A stretch of 50,301 nucleotides of DNA from Candidatus Hydrothermarchaeota archaeon (lineage in GTDB: Archaea; Hydrothermarchaeota; Hydrothermarchaeia; Hydrothermarchaeales; BMS3B): assembly GCA_015521565.1 (NCBI GenBank), contig WANX01000132.1:1-50301 (forward strand), in the 5' to 3' direction. Within the stretch, counting starts at the first letter, position 1, and every line of letters starts with the position of its first letter. Both the position numbers and the translations under genes were made by a program. Shown here in pieces: positions 46,386 to 50,301 of the stretch. The notes under the pieces were generated by a model. That model saw only the letters and a program-made list of their open reading frames with translations, did no database searches and was not told the origin of the DNA.

Positions 46386-47261
46386 TCACATAAACTTTTT
46401 TGCCCTCTCGATAACCCAGGCCGCGTCTCCGCGCACATTCTCCTTTTCGTGGGCGAGAAGCCTCTCAAAGGCTCCGTGAAGCTTCCGGAGCATCTCCGGT
46501 CTTGCTCTGAAAAGCTCCTCCAGGGCGAGCATCGCACCCATCTTAACCCGCATGCTGCTGTCGGCGATGAGCCCGACCAGCACCTCTGCTACAGCAGCGT
46601 CCCGGGCGGCCCACTCCCCCGCCTTTTCCGCCAAACCCCGGGCAAGCATCTGCCTCACCACCTCCGCACGCCTCCGCCGGTCGAGCACCGCCTCCACCGC
46701 ATCTGTTATCTCCCTCAGGGAAGCGTCGCCCTCAAGCTTTAGCTTGCCGTCAACCACAAGCGTTGGAGCAGCTGTGACCTCGTACTCCTCCCTCAGCTTC
46801 TCCTCCACAAGCGCGTCCACCACCACGCTTCTAATCCAGCTTTCCCTTAGCGCCAGCATGTTGCAGCGCTTCACCACCCTTGCACAGCGGGGGCATGAGC
46901 TGGTGACGAACACTAAGAGCTCCACCTCCTGCTCTGGTTTCAGGGGCTTCAGCACAACCTCGGGCAGGCTATTTCCACCCGCCGCCTTCAGGGTTTCCAG
47001 AAATGGTGTGAGCTCCCTTCCCACAGGCAGCGTGCGGTACACCACCGCTTTTCTTCCGGCCTTTTCGACCGCCAGTGCAGGGGCGTTTGCGCTGCCCTCT
47101 TCCACCCTCAGCTTTATCATGTCGCTTATGCGTGTGAGCTGGCGGGCAAGCTCCTCCATCCTATTCCCCGCATCTCCATTTCTCAGCACCACCAGGGTGA
47201 CCTCGCCCTTCAGCGAGTGCAGCACGCGCCTGGCCCTGTTCAGCTCCGCATCGCTTAGCAT
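46386..47261 (-). CDS. Thioredoxin-fold protein (PDO/AhpF N-terminal-like) fused to a HEAT-like C-terminus
   Basis: FVTSSCPRC and YEVTAAPTLV; C-terminal MRVKMGAMLALEEL..ENVRGDAAWVI. Confidence 0.75.
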   Translation of the reverse strand: MLSDAELNRARRVLHSLKGEVTLVVLRNGDAGNRMEELARQLTRISDMIKLRVEEGSANAPALAVEKAGRKAVVYRTLPVGRELTPFLETLKAAGGNSLPEVVLKPLKPEQEVELLVFVTSSCPRCARVVKRCNMLALRESWIRSVVVDALVEEKLREEYEVTAAPTLVVDGKLKLEGDASLREITDAVEAVLDRRRRAEVVRQMLARGLAEKAGEWAARDAAVAEVLVGLIADSSMRVKMGAMLALEELFRARPEMLRKLHGAFERLLAHEKENVRGDAAWVIERAKKFM

Positions 47262-47331
47262 GGAACCACCTCTTCACAAAAGTTTTAGACGGGAAGGTTT
47301 GTAACAAGGGAAGTCTTGAGAGGTGTTAGGT

Positions 47332-47517
47332 ATGAGCAAGGGCACTCCTTCGATGGGCAAGAGAAACAAGCTCCTGCACGTGCGCTGCCGCAGGTGCGGG
47401 AGGAACGCGTACCACGTGAAGAAGAAGCGCTGCGCCGCCTGCGGCTTCGGGAGGACGCGCAGGATAAGGAGCTACTCCTGGCAGAACAAAAAGGTCAACC
47501 GCATGCGCAGAGTTTAA
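47332..47517 (+). CDS. rpl37e: 50S ribosomal protein L37e
   Basis: [38 protein letters not shown]. Confidence 0.96.
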   Translation: MSKGTPSMGKRNKLLHVRCRRCGRNAYHVKKKRCAACGFGRTRRIRSYSWQNKKVNRMRRV

Positions 47518-47580
47518 TGACGTAAGCTTTATTAGTATTTTTTGCCTACTTAAGAGCATTCAAGGAGAGAGGTTTCCAGC

Positions 47581-48987
47581 TTGCTACGCGACAGGTGCGG
47601 CGTGGTGGGAATACACTCGCCTGACGATGAGAGGGTCTCCTACTACATATTCTACGCCCTGCTTGCTCTCCAGCACCGCGGGCAGGAGTCCTGCGGCATT
47701 ACCATGCGCACCGGCGGAGAGTTCATCTCGGAGAAGGGGATGGGGCTGGTAAATGAGGTGTTCTCCCTGGATAAGCTGAACAAGCTTGAGGGGAATGCCG
47801 GAATAGGGCACGTGCGCTACTCCACGACGGGCGAGTCTGAGCTCTTCAACGCCCAGCCCTTTGTGGTGGGACACTCGAAGGGTACAATTGCGATAGCGCA
47901 CAACGGCAACATAGTCAACGCCGAGGAGCTCCGGGAGAAGCTGAAGGCGAGCGGCCAGGCCTTCGTTTCGACGAGCGACACCGAGGTTATCGCCCACCTG
48001 ATAGTGAGGGAGTACCTTAGAAGCGGGGACATGGTGCATGCGATAGCAATGACGATGAGGAAGCTCGTCGGCTCCTACTCGCTGGCTATCCTCACCGACG
48101 ACGCGCTCATAGCGGTGCGCGACCCCCTTGGCATACGCCCCCTCTCCCTCGGAAGAACCCGCGACGGGGGCTACATCTTCGCCTCTGAAAGCGTGGCCTT
48201 CGATGTGATAAACGCAAGCTTTGAGCGCGACATTAAACCGGGTGAGATATTTGTGGTGTCAGAGAGCGGGGCGAAGAGCCACCGCCCCTACAAGCTTCCC
48301 CGGAGGGCGCACTGCATGTTCGAGTACGTGTACTTCTCCCGTCCCGACTCTGTGCTCAACGGCATACCCGTGTACGAGGTTAGGGAGAAGCTGGGCATGC
48401 TCATGGCAGAGCGCGACGAAGTCGAGGCTGACCTGGTCACGCCTATTCCCGACTCGGCCATACCCTTCGCCCTGGGCTATGCGCGCGCCAGGGGTATACC
48501 CTACCGCGAGGGCTTGATACGCAACCGCTACGTGGGGAGAACCTTCATCCTGCCCAGCCAGAAGGCCAGGGAGCTGGCGGTGAAGCTCAAGCTCAACCCG
48601 CTCGCGAGGCAGATCGCGGGCAAGCGCGTGGTGCTCTTCGACGACAGCATCGTGCGCGGCACCACCTCGCGCAGGATAATCTCCATCCTCAAGGAGGCAG
48701 GCGCAAGGGAGGTGCACATGCGCGTGGGCTGCCCGCCCATCCGCTCGCCCTGCAAGCTGGGCATAGACATGCCCACCCATGAGGAGCTCATTGCAAGTTC
48801 CCGAAGCGTCGAGGAGATACGCCTTGCAATAGGCGCTGATACGCTGAAGTACACGCGGATTGAGGACCTGATAGAAGCGATAGGCCTGGGGGAGAACAGA
48901 CTGTGCCTGGGCTGCCTCACGGGCAGGTACCCCGTGGAGATTGCCAGGTACGAGCAGCTGCGCCTGCCCGTGTATCTTAAAAAGTAA
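47581..48987 (+). CDS. purF: Amidophosphoribosyltransferase
   Basis: CGVVG, LQHRGQES, GHVRYST, FEYVYFSRPDS and DDSIVRGTT. Confidence 0.97.
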   Translation: MLRDRCGVVGIHSPDDERVSYYIFYALLALQHRGQESCGITMRTGGEFISEKGMGLVNEVFSLDKLNKLEGNAGIGHVRYSTTGESELFNAQPFVVGHSKGTIAIAHNGNIVNAEELREKLKASGQAFVSTSDTEVIAHLIVREYLRSGDMVHAIAMTMRKLVGSYSLAILTDDALIAVRDPLGIRPLSLGRTRDGGYIFASESVAFDVINASFERDIKPGEIFVVSESGAKSHRPYKLPRRAHCMFEYVYFSRPDSVLNGIPVYEVREKLGMLMAERDEVEADLVTPIPDSAIPFALGYARARGIPYREGLIRNRYVGRTFILPSQKARELAVKLKLNPLARQIAGKRVVLFDDSIVRGTTSRRIISILKEAGAREVHMRVGCPPIRSPCKLGIDMPTHEELIASSRSVEEIRLAIGADTLKYTRIEDLIEAIGLGENRLCLGCLTGRYPVEIARYEQLRLPVYLKK

Positions 48988-49055
48988 AAAATCACCCTGC
49001 GAGTTGCACTCTCCAGGAGCACAACCCTTATTAACCTTCCTGCCAACTCTCTGCT

Positions 49056-50093
49056 ATGGAAGAGGGAATGACCTACGCAAAGGCGGGGGTTGACATAGAC
49101 AGGGAAAGCCTCGCGATTCGCGCGCTCGCGGAGCGGCTCAGGGCTACCCTCGCCCTGAGGAAGGGCAGAGCCGGGGAGAGCCTTCTCGGCGTTGGGCACT
49201 TCGCTGCGCTGGTGAAGCTTGATGATACGCGGGTGCTCGCCCTCTCCGCGGACGGTGTTGGCACCAAGATTCTCGTCGCCAGGGCGATGCAGAAGTACGA
49301 CACCATAGGCATAGACCTCGTGGCAATGAACGCCAACGACATAATCTGCGTGGGTGCGGAGCCGCTTGTATTGCTGGACTACCTCGCCGTGGAGGAGCCC
49401 GACCCGGAGATAACCGCCCAGATAGCAGAGGGCCTTGCGAGGGGTGCGGAGCTCGCCGGGATAAGCATCCCGGGCGGAGAGCTCGCAACTCTTCCCGAGA
49501 TCGTCGAAGGCTTCGACCTCGCGGGCTTAATCGTCGGGATGGTGGAGGCAGACAAGATAATCACAGGCGAGAGGGTGGAGCCGGGTGACGTTGTAATAGG
49601 TCTCGAGAGCTCCGGCATACACAGCAACGGCTTAACCCTTGCCAGGAAGGTGATACTGGAGCACTACCGCATAGATGAGGAGATATTCCCGGGGAGAAAG
49701 GCGGGCGAGGAGCTTCTCGAACCCACGAAGATTTATGTGCGCGAGGTGCTGGAGTGCATCACCAGAGCTGAGGTTCATGGTCTTGCGAACATCACCGGCG
49801 GCGGGCTCGCGAACCTCACCAGAATAACACGGCACGGCTTTTACCTGGACAACCTGCCCGAGCCACCGCGCATCTTCGGGCTGATTCAGGAGCTGGGCCG
49901 CGTGCCCGAGCGGGAGATGTACAGGACCTTCAACATGGGTGTGGGCTTCTGCATAGTTACAAGCGAGGAGGAGAGCGAAAAGGTGGTCGAGATATGCCGC
50001 CGGCACGGCACCAACGCGAGCGTAATTGGGCGTGTGGTGGCTGGAGAAAACGTGGTCAAAATCAAGGGCAAGGACTTTGCGCTGAGCTACTGA
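49056..50093 (+). CDS. purM: Phosphoribosylaminoimidazole (AIR) synthetase
   Basis: TYAKAGVDI, DGVGTK, SSGIHSNG and EMYRTFNMGVG. Confidence 0.97.
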   Translation: MEEGMTYAKAGVDIDRESLAIRALAERLRATLALRKGRAGESLLGVGHFAALVKLDDTRVLALSADGVGTKILVARAMQKYDTIGIDLVAMNANDIICVGAEPLVLLDYLAVEEPDPEITAQIAEGLARGAELAGISIPGGELATLPEIVEGFDLAGLIVGMVEADKIITGERVEPGDVVIGLESSGIHSNGLTLARKVILEHYRIDEEIFPGRKAGEELLEPTKIYVREVLECITRAEVHGLANITGGGLANLTRITRHGFYLDNLPEPPRIFGLIQELGRVPEREMYRTFNMGVGFCIVTSEEESEKVVEICRRHGTNASVIGRVVAGENVVKIKGKDFALSY

Positions 50094-50281
50094 CGGCGTG
50101 CCCTGTACAGGAAGCGCCTCCCGTCCCAGCGCCTCTCCACCAGGCCGAGCTGGTAGAGCTCCTCCAGCAGTCTGCGCGTCTTGCTCCTGTTGCTGAAGGT
50201 CGCACTTGAAAGGGTATCCAGGTCCATGTACGCGCTTCCGAGCAGCCTCAAAACAAAGGTGTGGTCCATGCTGAGCTTCAT
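50087..50281 (-). CDS. Small winged-helix-like protein
   Basis: TRRLLEELYQLGLVERRWDGRRFLYRA; RBS GAGGTGAGG. Confidence 0.55.
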   Translation of the reverse strand: MKLSMDHTFVLRLLGSAYMDLDTLSSATFSNRSKTRRLLEELYQLGLVERRWDGRRFLYRARRQ

Positions 50282-50301
50282 AGCCTCACCTCACATAAAG
50301 A

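Noticed and set aside
1-50301. CRISPR arrays, tRNA/rRNA genes, selenocysteine read-through, retroelements or defence systems
   Set aside because: I saw no repeat-spacer periodicity, RNA-gene signatures, in-frame TGA at catalytic positions, or RT/nuclease motifs by eye. A tRNAscan/Infernal run would be needed to exclude RNA genes fully.

Overview
This window is archaeal chromosomal DNA, probably from a thermophilic euryarchaeote. The evidence is rpl37e, trm1, archaeal-type pheS/pheT/valS, a Tfx regulator, an F420-binding protein, BRE/TATA promoters, GGAGGTG ribosome-binding sites and a CGP-CTERM-like sorting tail. A Hydrothermarchaeota-like lineage is an inference only. The right third (35.7-50.3 kb) is housekeeping. 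The left ~32 kb is an anaerobic-respiration region. It holds (i) a nap operon lacking napB/napC (napA, lipoprotein, napG, napH, napD) that ends in a circularly permuted FpoF/FqoF-like F420H2 dehydrogenase subunit, followed by an octaheme HAO-family cytochrome that looks reductive and an HxH-repeat membrane protein; (ii) a heme-c sensor kinase with a REC-wHTH regulator; (iii) an AioXSR/ArrTSR-like metalloid-sensing module with an Acr3-like exporter; (iv) an atypical Arr/Arx/Psr-related Tat molybdoenzyme operon with an Asp-substituted FS0 motif, GHGKY in place of the Arr/Arx motifs, a 3Fe-4S-type beta subunit and a diheme lipoprotein instead of an NrfD-type anchor; and (v) Moco/maturation genes (torD-like, two tatA, two fmdE, moeA, mobB, moaE, tfx). 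The best candidates for undescribed biology are F420H2-coupled nitrate ammonification through a permuted FpoF and Hao, and a novel arsenic/metalloid oxidoreductase that may be electronically linked to it. All functional calls come from motif reading; no database searches were run.
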